Assembly: GCA_963734545.1 (NCBI GenBank)
Contig: CAVTHO010000006.1
Span: 224,001-288,000 of the forward strand
Source: an uncultured Spirochaetota bacterium
Lineage (GTDB): Bacteria; Spirochaetota; Spirochaetia; SZUA-6; Fen-1364
Length of the DNA: 64,000 bases
Reading direction: 5' to 3'
Below are positions 31,297 through 41,391 of the stretch, one piece after another. The translations under genes and the position numbers were made by a program. Numbering within the stretch: the stretch's first letter is position 1; each line of letters opens with the position of its first letter. A model generated the notes under the pieces. It made no database searches and was not told the origin of the DNA. It was given only the letters and a program-made list of their open reading frames with translations.

Positions 31297-32817
31297 CTAG
31301 ACGATGTAGCCGATGATGTCCAGCGGCGTCGGCTTTTTTCCTTTCGGGCACGGAAGCTCCTTGACGACCTTCCCGTCTTTCATGACGAGCATCCGGTTGC
31401 AGAGCCCGATGTCCTCCTCGAGCGTGTCGCACATCATGATGAGGCTCACGCCTGAAGCGGCCAGCTCGCGGATCCTCCTGTAGATCTCGTCTTTGGCGCC
31501 GACGTCGATCCCCCGCGTAGGGTGGTCCAGGATGAGGATCCGCGCGCTGGCGGCGAGCCACTTGGCGATGACCACCTTCTGCTGGTTGCCTCCGCTCAGG
31601 TTGGCGCAGGAAGTCTGCAGAGAGGGTGTCTTGACCATGCATTCCTTCACCCAGCGCTCCGCGCTTTCCTTCTCGCGGCGAGGATTGAGGAAGACACCCG
31701 TCATCATGTCCTTCAGCACGAGAAGGTTGATGTTGCTCGCCACGTCGAGGGTCGTCGCAAGGCCCTCGTTCCGCCGATCGATGGGCACGCAGCCGATCCC
31801 GACGGCAATCGCGTCCTTGGGGGAAGAGAATCGAACCCGTCTCCCTTCCACCTCGATCGACCCTGCGTCGGGCTGCCCCGAACCGCCGAGGCATCGACAG
31901 ATCTCCTCCTTCCCCGAGCCCAGGAGGCCGACCAGGCTGACGATCTCTCCCTTGTGCAGCTCGAGGTTGAAGCTCTCGAACCGACCCTTCTGTTCCAGCC
32001 CCTCGACCTTCAGCACGACGTGTGGATCGGCCGGGGTCTGGAAGGACTCCCGGTAGTGTTCTTCCGCGAGCTCGTGGCCGACCATGAGCTTCTCTATTTT
32101 CCTGACCTCCGCCTCGCCGCGGTCCATCTCGGCCATCCGTTCGCCGTCCTTGAGCACCACGATCCTGTCGGAGAGCATGACGACCTCCTCCAGGCGGTGA
32201 GAGATGAAGATGATCGACGCCCGCAGCTTGAGCTTCTCCAGGATGTCGAAAAGGATCTTCGCCTCCTGTTCTTGCAGCACGGTGGTCGGCTCATCGAGGA
32301 TCAGGATGGGGTTTGTCACCCCGTACAGCTCGGAAAGCCACAGAAGCCTTGCGATCTCGGTCATCTGCTTCTGCGCGGCGGAAAGGTCCGCCATGATGGT
32401 CTTCGGGTTGAGCGCGCGCAGTCCCACCGCTTCCAGCTCACGGCGGGCCGTGCGGACCATGGCCTTTGCCCAGATGAGGCCGAACTTCCGGAACCCTTCC
32501 TCGTGGCAGAGGAACATGTTCTCCATGACGGAAAGGTTCGGGATCATGCTGCCGTCCTGGAACACCATTCCGATCCCGTTCCTGATCGCGCTGTCGGGAC
32601 CGTCGATCCGTGCGGTCTCTCCCTTCAGGAGGATCTCTCCCTCGTCGGGCTTCTGCAGGCCGATCATGATCTTCATCAGGGTGGATTTGCCGGCACCGTT
32701 CTCCCCCACGATCCCGAGGATCTCATTGGCGCGCAGCGAGAGGTCGACCTTTTTCAGCGCGACAACGCCGGGAAACAGCTTCGTGATGCCCTTCATCTCG
32801 AGCACGGTGGTATTCAT
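31297..32817 (-). CDS. Monosaccharide ABC ATP-binding protein (RbsA-like, two NBDs)
   Basis: Motifs GENGAGKS, LDEPT, LSGGNQQK and PTRGIDVGAK. ATG at 32817 preceded by GGAGG. Confidence 0.92.
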   Translation of the reverse strand: MNTTVLEMKGITKLFPGVVALKKVDLSLRANEILGIVGENGAGKSTLMKIMIGLQKPDEGEILLKGETARIDGPDSAIRNGIGMVFQDGSMIPNLSVMENMFLCHEEGFRKFGLIWAKAMVRTARRELEAVGLRALNPKTIMADLSAAQKQMTEIARLLWLSELYGVTNPILILDEPTTVLQEQEAKILFDILEKLKLRASIIFISHRLEEVVMLSDRIVVLKDGERMAEMDRGEAEVRKIEKLMVGHELAEEHYRESFQTPADPHVVLKVEGLEQKGRFESFNLELHKGEIVSLVGLLGSGKEEICRCLGGSGQPDAGSIEVEGRRVRFSSPKDAIAVGIGCVPIDRRNEGLATTLDVASNINLLVLKDMMTGVFLNPRREKESAERWVKECMVKTPSLQTSCANLSGGNQQKVVIAKWLAASARILILDHPTRGIDVGAKDEIYRRIRELAASGVSLIMMCDTLEEDIGLCNRMLVMKDGKVVKELPCPKGKKPTPLDIIGYIV

Positions 32818-32834
32818 CGTGCGGTGCCCCCCTC

Positions 32835-33855
32835 CTACTTGATGATGCCGATCTTTTTGCGGTCGATCGTGAGGGTGACCGCGCCGATGAGGACGATTCC
32901 ATTTACTGCACTTTGGATGTAAGGGCTGATCTTCATCAGGACCATCCCATTGTTCAGCGCGGTGACGATCAAAGTCCCGAACAGGGCGTTGAGCACCCCT
33001 CCCACCCCTCCCGAGAGGGAGACGCCGCCCACGGCGACCGCGGTCATTGCGGGGAACAGGAGGCCATTGCCCGGTGCGAGGGTTGGAGCTGGCCACGCGC
33101 GCGAGGAGGAGAATGGCGGCGATGGCGTACAGACAGCCGGTGATGGTGAACACGATGATCTTGATCCTGTCCACCTTGATCCCCGCCTGGCGGGCAAGCT
33201 GCTCGTCCCCGCCGATGGCGTACATGTACTTGCCCAGCTTGGTCATTCTCTGGACCACCAGCAGGATGGCGAAGACGACCAGGGCCAGGAGAATCGTGTT
33301 CGGAATGCCCAGGATGTCCCCGTTGGCAAAGTTCTGGAAGCGCTGGTCGAGCATTTTCACCGCGTTCCCTCTGCCGATGATGACCGAGAGACCCTGGGCA
33401 GCCCACCACATGCCGAGTGTGGCGATGAAGGACGGCATCTTCACCTTCGTGTTGAGGATGCCGCTCAGGAACCCGGTGACGCCGCCGATGACAAAGGCGA
33501 TCGGCACCACCCAGAACCCGATGTCGTAGTGCGTGAAATTATTCTTGATGAGGAAGCCGGAAATGACGGCACAGAGGGAAATGACCCCCTCCGTGGAGAG
33601 GTCCATGGCGCCGATCAGCACCACCTGGTGCATGGCGAGGCAGATGATCATGGGGATACCGGCCAGGCTCAGGATGGTCAGGATGTTCTTCAGAGAGAGG
33701 GAGAACCCCCCTGTCCCGGCGGCGAAGATGACCAGCACGATCGCAAGGGCGACGATCTGTCCGACGACACCCCGGGAGATGAAAGCAAGAGCCCTTCTCC
33801 CCGCTCCCTGTATCGAAAAGCCTTCTTTCCCCGGCGCCGCCGCTTGTCCGCTCAT
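32835..33855 (-). CDS. Monosaccharide ABC permease (RbsC-like; frameshift near 33075)
   Basis: Motifs MDLS, MPSFIATLG and IGGDE. The C-terminus AVAVGGVSLSGG lies in ORF 32835-33197. Confidence 0.88.
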
Positions 33856-33887
33856 CTGGTGAATCTCCGTGAGGCTATTCTAAGACT

Positions 33888-33922
33888 GCCCGTCACGCGA
33901 GGGAAGAGCCTGCGTGACGGGC
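33888..33922 (-). terminator. Stem-loop downstream of the SBP gene
   Basis: 11-bp stem GCCCGTCACGC…GCGTGACGGGC. Confidence 0.55.
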
Positions 33923-33954
33923 GTGCAGAAAGATCGAACAGATACTCTTACGCT

Positions 33955-34990
33955 TTAGGGCATTGGTCGGAGATAGTTCGCGTACAGATCATTCCAGTCG
34001 TACTTGGGAGTTCCGGTGACGTGCTCGGCGATGACCTTCTTGATGTTGTCCTGGTCAATGTAGATGGCCTCCGTAAAGTACTGCCGTTTCTCCTTGGGAG
34101 TTGTCTTCAGGTTGATCTTGCCGGTTTTGGCCGCAAAGGCAAGTGACAGCCCGATCCCGCCCTGCCAGAAGGAATCGTTCAGCACCGTGGCCGCCGCCTC
34201 TCCCTTGTCGATCGCGTACAGCATCTCGGTGATACCGTCGGCTCCGGTGACCAGCACCTTTCCGGCAAGCCCGGCAGCGCGGATGGCTTCCAGGGCACCC
34301 AGGGCCATGTTGTCATTGGCGCACCAGACTCCGCCGACATCCGGATTGGCCACAAGGAAGCTCTTCATCTTGTCGAATGCCTTCGTGCGGTCCCATTCGC
34401 CGGTATCCTGGGCAACCAGCTCGACGTCAGGGTTCTTTGCCAGCACGTTCTGCAAGTCCCTTGTAGCGGTCTATTGCCGTGGTGTTCGCCAGCATGCCCT
34501 GGATGGCGACGATCTTGCCTTTGCCGCCCATGCTCTTGATCAGCGCTTTGGCCGTGAACTCGCCGGTGGAGATGCCGTCAAAGGCGATGTGAGCCACCCA
34601 GTGGGGATAGTTCCATGCCTTGATGTTGTCCGGCTTGTTCCACCATGTCACGTAGTAGATGCCGGCAGCCTCGAGCGCCTTGGCGATGGGAATGACGTTG
34701 GGCGATTCGTTCGGGTCGATGCAGAACACCGCGTTCTTGCCTGCCTTCGCGATGAGGGCCTTGATGTCATTGACCTGCTTTTCGCTGGAGCCTTCGCACG
34801 TCTGGACAACGTGAACTCCCGCGACCGAATCCGCGAATGCCTGCCCGCCACGCGCCCACACCAGGTGGTACGGGTTCTCCAGGGACCGGATCGCTGTGCC
34901 CATGAAGACCCCGCTCTGCCCGAAGGCAGACCCAACCGCGACCAGGGTCAGGAGCGCAGCAATACAGAGGAACAGGGGAAGCTTTTTCAT
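33955..34990 (-). CDS. Monosaccharide ABC substrate-binding protein (RbsB-like; frameshift near 34455-34460)
   Basis: Signal peptide MKKLPLF…AFG. Motifs ENPY, WDR and ANDNMALGA. Confidence 0.88.
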
Positions 34991-35029
34991 CCTTCACCTC
35001 CATTTTGGAACTTACGTTTCCGGCCGATA

Positions 35030-35098
35030 TGCCAGAATCCCTAACAGGCTACCATATTTTTTGTATTTGTCAATTGTTTTCTAACGTCTTTTTCTAAC
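35030..35098 (-). promoter_or_regulatory. sigma70 promoter of the CUT2 ABC operon with DeoR-like boxes
   Basis: Minus strand: GTTAGAAAA twice, TTGACA (35068-35073), a 16-bp spacer, TGnTAGCCT, then TGTTAGGGATTCTGGCA. Confidence 0.65.
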
Positions 35099-35257
35099 CA
35101 TGATTTTTGCCCGGGGCAAGTTTCTGTTCTGACATCGTCTCGCCGGACGGAGCGCATACCCCCAGACCGTCGACTCCACGCAAACGGCGGCACAATAAAG
35201 ATGTCACGGATCTCCCGGCCTTGGCGCAGGCAAGCTCCGCTGCCACATCGCTGTGCG

Positions 35258-35280
35258 TACCCTAGGAAGAGACTAGGGTA
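35258..35280. promoter_or_regulatory. Inverted repeat upstream of the flavin oxidoreductase, candidate LuxR-type box
   Basis: TACCCTAG-N7-CTAGGGTA. Confidence 0.55.
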
Positions 35281-35361
35281 TTCTGCTACTATTTCTGGTA
35301 TTTATCTGTGCAGGATTCTGGTGGATACTACCGTTGAAAATCCCTCAAAGGAGTGTGAACC

Positions 35362-36603
35362 ATGAGTGCGAATGACCCGGTTTTCCAGCCGATCAAGATC
35401 GGCAATCTGACCGCTCAGAACAGGTTCGTGATCAATGCCATGGAATGCTGCGACTCGGATGAGGAGGGCAACCCCACGGACCGGACTCTTCGGAGGTACA
35501 AAAACCTCTTCCAGGGCGGCGCAGGGCTGATCGATCTCGAGGCTATCACCGTGCAGTACGAGTCGAGGGGCAGGCAGTTCCAGCTCTCCGTCATGCCCCG
35601 CAACCTGAAGGCGCTCACCAAGTTCGTGGCCGAGCTGCGCAAGGTCAACGACAAGCCGCTCCTGGTCGTGCAGCTCACCCATTCCGGAGAGCTGAGCCAT
35701 CCCGACTTTGCGCGTCGGGTCTGCGTGAAGCCCCTTGCCGGCTTTGGCGGCGACGTGATCGACGAGGCGTATATCGAGAATGCCATCGAGCAGTTCGTCA
35801 CCGCGGCGAAGATCGCGCATGACTGCGGGGCGGATGGGATCGACTTCAAGAACTGCCACGGCTACCTGGACTCCCAGATCCTGCGTCCCTACAACGACAG
35901 GAAATGGAAATACGGCGGGCCGTGGGAGAACAGGACCCGGTTCACCTACACGATCTATGAGCGGATCCAGAAAGAGATCAACGACCCGAAGTTCATCATG
36001 GGGTCGAAGGTTTCAATCTGGGAAGGATTCCCCGGCGGCCAGGGAACCGCTGGACCGGATTCCCCCATCATGGACCTGCGCGAGTCGCTGGACCTCGTGA
36101 AGGGCATGGAGGCGCGCGGGGCCAAGTTCATCATCGTGTCTGCGGGCAGCCCTTCCATCACGCTCGCCCTCTCGCAGCCGGACAAAAAAGTGCCGGATGA
36201 CTGCTACCTCCACTTCACCTTCCAGAAAGCCGTCCGTGATGCGCTGAAGCCCGAGACCGTCGTGATCGGCTCCGCTTACTCCGTCCTGAACAACGGCAAG
36301 AACGAGCTGCAGGCGCGTAAGAAGGAAGAGAATACGCTCTGGTTCTGGGCCAACAAGAACATCAAGGACCATGTGACCGACATGGTGGCAATCGGCAGAC
36401 AGTCCCTTGCCGACGGCCAGCTTCCGAGGAAGTTCGCCGAAGGCAGGGAATCCGAGATCAGGTGGTGCAATGCGTGCGATAATTGCATCGAGCTCCTGAT
36501 CCGGCAGAAACCGGTGGGATGCACGACACATGACAAGGAGTACAACAAGGCGCTCAAAGCCATCAGGGATGCGGAAGGCGCCTTGAAAGCGAAGAGAACA
36601 TGA
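35362..36603 (+). CDS. NADH:flavin oxidoreductase / Old Yellow Enzyme family
   Basis: Motifs NRFVINAME, QLTHSG, GADGIDFKNCHGYL, YGGPWENR, IGRQSLAD and CNACDNC…C. Confidence 0.88.
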   Translation: MSANDPVFQPIKIGNLTAQNRFVINAMECCDSDEEGNPTDRTLRRYKNLFQGGAGLIDLEAITVQYESRGRQFQLSVMPRNLKALTKFVAELRKVNDKPLLVVQLTHSGELSHPDFARRVCVKPLAGFGGDVIDEAYIENAIEQFVTAAKIAHDCGADGIDFKNCHGYLDSQILRPYNDRKWKYGGPWENRTRFTYTIYERIQKEINDPKFIMGSKVSIWEGFPGGQGTAGPDSPIMDLRESLDLVKGMEARGAKFIIVSAGSPSITLALSQPDKKVPDDCYLHFTFQKAVRDALKPETVVIGSAYSVLNNGKNELQARKKEENTLWFWANKNIKDHVTDMVAIGRQSLADGQLPRKFAEGRESEIRWCNACDNCIELLIRQKPVGCTTHDKEYNKALKAIRDAEGALKAKRT

Positions 36604-36914
36604 AGGTACTGCACGACGTGTATTTCACATTGAACGATCCCGTGCCCGAAAACATCGAATCCCTCATACGGGAGGGGTTCACGTACCTCAAGGGGCACCC
36701 GGGCATGGAGTCGTTTGCAGCGGGGGTCCGGGCCGAGGAGATGCGCCGGGACGTCAACGACACCGGATGGCACGTCTCGATGCATTCCGTGTTCGTGGAC
36801 AAGGCCGCTCACGACGCCTACCAGACCACGGCGCCGCGTCACAAGGAGTTTGCGGCACGGAACAAGGCCGGATGGAAGCAGGTGCGGGTCTTCGACACGT
36901 ACCTTCGGCCATAG
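36600..36914 (+). CDS. Dabb (stress-responsive alpha/beta barrel) family protein
   Basis: Motifs HDVYFTL, F.DKAAHDAYQ…H and VRVFD. Confidence 0.8.
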   Translation: MKVLHDVYFTLNDPVPENIESLIREGFTYLKGHPGMESFAAGVRAEEMRRDVNDTGWHVSMHSVFVDKAAHDAYQTTAPRHKEFAARNKAGWKQVRVFDTYLRP

Positions 36915-36988
36915 CGCACCGCCCGAAGGGCGGTATCCACGCGTGGGCGCGGCTGTCCTTCGCTTGCCATTGCCCGACACGCGCCTAG

Positions 36989-38180
36989 TCACTTCCCTGC
37001 GGGAGTGGATGCTGCCGCCCCCGCAGCTCTTTCCTCGCCAAGGCGTCCCCTGATCATCCTGCCGCTCAGCAGGAGGATGACAAGGCCGGTGACGCCCAGA
37101 ACCGGGAAAATTCCCAACGACAGCTGGAAAGACCACGCGCGGGTCGCCATGGAGAGCGCGAAGGGGATGACGATCCCGCCGATCGGGACGCCCAGCTTGA
37201 CGATGCCGAGCGCCGTTCCCGACATATCCCTGTAAAGCCTGCCGCGCCATGGTGATCAGGAGCGGGAACAGCGAGGAGACCGCCATGCCCATGAGCACGA
37301 GCATGAAGGCGGTTGCCGCGAAGGGCAGCCTCACGAAAAGCAGGACCGACGAGCAGGCCGCCGCCGCGGCGAAAAGCGCGGTCACCATTGCCTGGAGAGA
37401 CGCCCTGCCGGAGACGAAACCGAGGACCACGCGCCCCGCCGCCACTCCTGCCAGGAACAGCACGAGCCCGACCTTCGAGGCGACCTGGTCGTAGCCGCGC
37501 AGCTCCATCAGGAACCCGGTGAGCAGCCCGGTGAGCCCGAGCTCGATGCCGCACGCGAATACGGCCAGCGCGAGAAGCACGGCGAGCACGCCCTGCGTTT
37601 TCAGAAAAGCAATCCGGTCGCGCAGCGTGGTCGTATCCGCCGCCCCCCTGCCGGCCCGGGAGAAGAGGAAAAGAACGGCCAGGGCGAGCACCACGACGGC
37701 TGACTGCACCATGGAGCGGCGCCAGTCCATTCGCAGAAAGATCAGGTACAGCGTGGTTGCCAGGCATCCGAACGTGACAAAAAAATGGTTCACGCTGACG
37801 TGCAGCCCCTGGCGCCTGCGGTGAAGGCCCAGGAGCATGGCGTCCGCGGTCCCTTCATAGGTGCCGATGCCCACCCCGATGAAAGCCATGATCGCCAGGT
37901 TCAGGGCATAGGCCGGCCAGAGATAATAGAAGAAAAAAGAGACGGCGAGGATGAGGCTGCCCGCGGACATGAGACGCGCCTTGTCCGTGCTGTCCGCGAG
38001 CGCGCCGGCGACCAGGACCGCGCACATGAACCCGACGTTCTGCGCGGAGACGAGCAGCCCGGTCTGGTACGGGCTCAGTCCAATGCTGCCCGCCGCGGCC
38101 CCGATGATGACGGTGCCGACACCGAGGAAGAACATTGACGCATACGATGAGCCGGTGAGAACGCCCTTGTGTCTGATCAC
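36989..38180 (-). CDS. MFS transporter (FucP-like; frameshift near 37240)
   Basis: About 12 TM segments and GALADSTDK. The last two helices lie in ORF 36989-37225. Confidence 0.82.
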
Positions 38181-38186
38181 CCGGGG

Positions 38187-39302
38187 TTATTTCACAACGG
38201 GCAATTCGACTCTCTTGCCGCCCTTCATCGCGGATTCGTGCGCGCAAATTCCGGCCATGGTCCAGTTTGCCGCCCGGCGCGCGTCCACCGCTGACTCCCT
38301 CTCCTCCACGATGGCCCTGATGAACTCGTGCGCGAGGTGCGGGTGCGACCCGCCGTGGCCGGCGCCCTGGATGAAGGACGTGTGCTCGTGCTGCTCGTCA
38401 TAGACGCCGTGAATGGTGTACGGGGCGATCTCCTTGGGCAGTCGATGCCCGAAGTCCGGCACGTCCACCCTCTTTGCGTCCTCGAAACCCGAGTACAGCA
38501 CGGGCTTCTCCCCGGCGAGCTGCTCCCACTCGAAAGAAAGCTTCGTGCCGTACACGTCGAAGCTCTCGCGGTACTGGCGTATGGTGTCGAACAGCGAGCG
38601 GGTCACCTCGCAGGCGAGGTCCGAGTCCCGCAGCCTCATGAGCGCCGTCTCGATGGCGAAGGGCGAGCCGTACTTCTTCGCGTACTCTTCCCGGATGGTG
38701 CCGGAGCCGAATGCCACCACGGACTCCACGTCCTTGCCGGCAAGCCAGAGCAGCGGGCTGACCGCATGGGTGGCGTAGTGCATGGGGGGGAATCCGTACC
38801 AGTAGTCGGGCCACCCGGGCAGGCTCATGTTCTGCTGATGGGATCCGCGCAGGAACTGGATCCTGCCCAGCTCCCCCTTGTCCGCCATTTCCTTGACGTA
38901 GAGAAACTCCCGGGTGTAGACGGCTGTCTCCATCATCATGTAGACCTTGCCGGATTTCCGCCGCGCCTCGGCCACCTGCAGGCATTCCTTGACCGTCGTT
39001 GCCATCGGGACCGTGCTGCACGCGTGCTTGCCCGCCTGCAGGGCCGCGACGCACATCGGGGCATGCGCGGCAATGGGTGTCACCACGTGTATGGCGTCGA
39101 TCTCTTTGACTTTCAGGAGGTCCTCGAACCTGGTGAACCTGCGCTCGACCTTGAACATGTCTCCGACCTGGTTGAGCTTCTTCTCGTCCCTCTGGCAGAT
39201 GGCGTAGCATTCCGCGTCAGGATGCTTCTGGTACAGCGGCACGAACTCGGCGCCGAAGCCGAGCCCCACGACGGCGACCTTCACCTTCTTTCCCGATGCC
39301 AT
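38187..39302 (-). CDS. Gfo/Idh/MocA oxidoreductase
   Basis: Motifs VAVVGLGFG, STVPMA, PPMHYATHA and GHGGSHPHL. ATG at 39302 with AAGGAGG RBS. Confidence 0.88.
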   Translation of the reverse strand: MASGKKVKVAVVGLGFGAEFVPLYQKHPDAECYAICQRDEKKLNQVGDMFKVERRFTRFEDLLKVKEIDAIHVVTPIAAHAPMCVAALQAGKHACSTVPMATTVKECLQVAEARRKSGKVYMMMETAVYTREFLYVKEMADKGELGRIQFLRGSHQQNMSLPGWPDYWYGFPPMHYATHAVSPLLWLAGKDVESVVAFGSGTIREEYAKKYGSPFAIETALMRLRDSDLACEVTRSLFDTIRQYRESFDVYGTKLSFEWEQLAGEKPVLYSGFEDAKRVDVPDFGHRLPKEIAPYTIHGVYDEQHEHTSFIQGAGHGGSHPHLAHEFIRAIVEERESAVDARRAANWTMAGICAHESAMKGGKRVELPVVK

Positions 39303-39335
39303 ACGGAACCTCCTTGGGGTGTGCAGAGTGGGCAT

Positions 39336-39382
39336 ATTATCCTACGAGAAAGGTTTCCGATCAAGCCGTGCACGCGCGTGCA
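39336..39382 (-). promoter_or_regulatory. sigma70 promoter plus a second copy of the LacI-type operator
   Basis: Minus strand TTGATC (39359-39364), 17-bp spacer, GATAAT (39336-39341). TGCACGCGCGTGCA at 39369-39382. Confidence 0.72.
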
Positions 39383-39499
39383 TGCGCGCGGGGCGCCGGG
39401 AGGACGGGGCCGCCGTGCGGGGGGGCGCTCGCGGGACACGCCGAAAGATCTCAGCGCCTTCCCTTGACCTGTAGACTGCCGGTTCCCATACTGATTTGC

Positions 39500-39877
39500 A
39501 TGAGCCAGGAACAGACCCCTGAACCGCGAAATGAAGATCCGCACTCTCCACGTGCTGCGTGGATTGCCGGAAGCATCCTGATCCTTCTGGGCGTCATTTT
39601 CATAATACGGAACGTTGCCGGTCTCTCCCTGGGCAACTGGTGGGCGTTGTTCATCCTGATACCCGCGCTGGGATCGCTGATGACCGCTTTCAGAATGTAC
39701 GAGCGCAACGGCCGTCGGTTCACCTCCGCGTCCCGCGGGCCCCTGATCGGCGGTCTCGTGCTTCTGGCGGTATCCGCCGTTTTTCTCTTCAACCTGGACT
39801 GGGGCAAGGTGTGGCCGCTGATCCTGATCCTCGGGGGGCTGGGCCTGCTCCTCACTTCATTCGAACGGAGACCCTGA
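39500..39877 (+). CDS. Small membrane protein (LiaF-TM/DUF5668-like)
   Basis: Repeated G.ILI..G and WW/WP.LI motifs; four TM segments. Confidence 0.75.
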   Translation: MSQEQTPEPRNEDPHSPRAAWIAGSILILLGVIFIIRNVAGLSLGNWWALFILIPALGSLMTAFRMYERNGRRFTSASRGPLIGGLVLLAVSAVFLFNLDWGKVWPLILILGGLGLLLTSFERRP

Positions 39878-39880
39878 CTC

Positions 39881-40678
39881 TCAGAAGCTCAGGTTGTACA
39901 CCACTCCGACTGAGACCACCCAGGTGGAGAAATAGACCGGGTCATACGGCAGGCCGCCGTTGGCCGCGAACCCCGGGTCCTTGGAAGTGCTCCACGCAAT
40001 GGTCTTGTACGCCCCGCTCAGCTCGATGCCGAGGTCAGGGGTCGCATGCCACAGCACGGTCAGGTAGGGATAGCTCTGGTAGATCGTGGTGTCCCCGAAG
40101 TTCAGGGGGAAGTACATCTCATAGCTCAGGGACACATTCAGGATGGGGACCCTGTCCTGGATCCAGAACCAGGTGAGCGCAGGCTCCGCAAGGATCGACA
40201 TCTGGTTCTGGAACGTGTTGTAGATGTAGCGGCCCTTGAGCATGAGCACCCAGTTCCTGCCCGGCAGGAAATCCAGCAGGAACCGGGGGCTCGCATCCAG
40301 CATGAGAAGGTGCTCCAGCCGGGTATTGGTGTCGTTCCAGCCCCATATCCACCCGGGCGGGGCCGCGACGGTCTGATGCGTCCAGTCATTGTCATGGTGC
40401 GCTCCTGCCTGCAGCCGGTAAAACGCCCCCACTTTCAGGTTCTTCAAGACCCGGTAGTACCCGCCAAGGGTCAATGATTCGAAGGATTGGAGCGTCGGGT
40501 CCACGTACTCGGTCCTCCCCAGTCCCTCCAGCAGAAGATCCACGGCGCCGAAGTTGGCGATGACCTGGGTGCGGCCCTGAAACTCGACCAGGCCCTTCGG
40601 AGCGACGGGAACATACGCCTGGGCAAAGACTCCCGTGGAGGCGAGCGCGAAAACGGCGAACACCGCCACCCTCTTCAT
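39881..40678 (-). CDS. Hypothetical secreted, probable outer-membrane beta-barrel protein
   Basis: Signal peptide ending VFA, alternating aromatic beta-strands, and a C-terminal Y-N-L-S-F. Confidence 0.65.
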   Translation of the reverse strand: MKRVAVFAVFALASTGVFAQAYVPVAPKGLVEFQGRTQVIANFGAVDLLLEGLGRTEYVDPTLQSFESLTLGGYYRVLKNLKVGAFYRLQAGAHHDNDWTHQTVAAPPGWIWGWNDTNTRLEHLLMLDASPRFLLDFLPGRNWVLMLKGRYIYNTFQNQMSILAEPALTWFWIQDRVPILNVSLSYEMYFPLNFGDTTIYQSYPYLTVLWHATPDLGIELSGAYKTIAWSTSKDPGFAANGGLPYDPVYFSTWVVSVGVVYNLSF

Positions 40679-40693
40679 GGGGCTCTCCTTCTA

Positions 40694-41356
40694 TCAGTGA
40701 TAGTCCTGATTGAGCAGATCGCTGTATGCCTCATCCAGGTTCGTCGTGTCGACGACCTTGCCGCCCGCCGCGTCCATGTTCCAGTTGAGCCTGCGCGTCC
40801 AGGGGTAATTGCGCGGCGTGGTGAGCTTGGTGCCCGCCACTATGTTGATGCCGAACCCCTGTTTGACCACGACAGTCTGGCCGGTCTGGGGGAGGGATAC
40901 ATCCACGGCGCCGGAGTTGACGCAGAGCCACACATCCGGCAGCGCATCGATTGTCCGGCCGTATGCGATGAAGAACTCGGTCCCGCGGACTCCCGCCACC
41001 GTGGTGGCGGTGCGCACGGAGAACCGGCCCGTGAGCTTTTTCAGCACGTGGGTGAACACCCCCCCGGCATTCAGGGTCACCGATGTCGATTCCCCGATGG
41101 AGTCGATTGCCAGCGAGGTCTTTTCCCTGAGCTTCAGGGTGGTTGAATTGGCCAGGTCGATCACGGCAAGAGACTCCGCCCCGGTGGAGATGACGTCCCC
41201 CGGGTTGAGCGGCTCGCCCAGGACCGCGTCATGCGCCTGGGACCCGCTGCGGATCGAGACATCGCCTTCCGTGTAGGCTACCTGGCCGCTCAGCGCGAAA
41301 AGCGCGGCGGGCAGAACACAGGCCAGAAAGACGCACGTCAGTATTGAAATCCGCAT
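40694..41356 (-). CDS. Secreted FecR-domain protein
   Basis: Signal peptide; motifs GDVISTG, T.TTVAGVRGTEF and V.SGAVDV. Confidence 0.82.
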   Translation of the reverse strand: MRISILTCVFLACVLPAALFALSGQVAYTEGDVSIRSGSQAHDAVLGEPLNPGDVISTGAESLAVIDLANSTTLKLREKTSLAIDSIGESTSVTLNAGGVFTHVLKKLTGRFSVRTATTVAGVRGTEFFIAYGRTIDALPDVWLCVNSGAVDVSLPQTGQTVVVKQGFGINIVAGTKLTTPRNYPWTRRLNWNMDAAGGKVVDTTNLDEAYSDLLNQDYH

Positions 41357-41391
41357 CCTGCAAAAGTATGCACAAAGCGGGGCCCGGGCAA

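Noticed and set aside
31297-33855. 852-aa permease-ATPase fusion ORF
   Set aside because: Artefact of the frameshift near 33075. The permease C-terminus and stop are in another frame, and the ATPase has its own RBS and ATG at 32817.
35105-35255. Possible riboswitch or ncRNA in the long intergenic region (also 45422-45623 and 62266-62355)
   Set aside because: No recognisable aptamer consensus by eye. An Rfam/Infernal scan would be needed to settle it.
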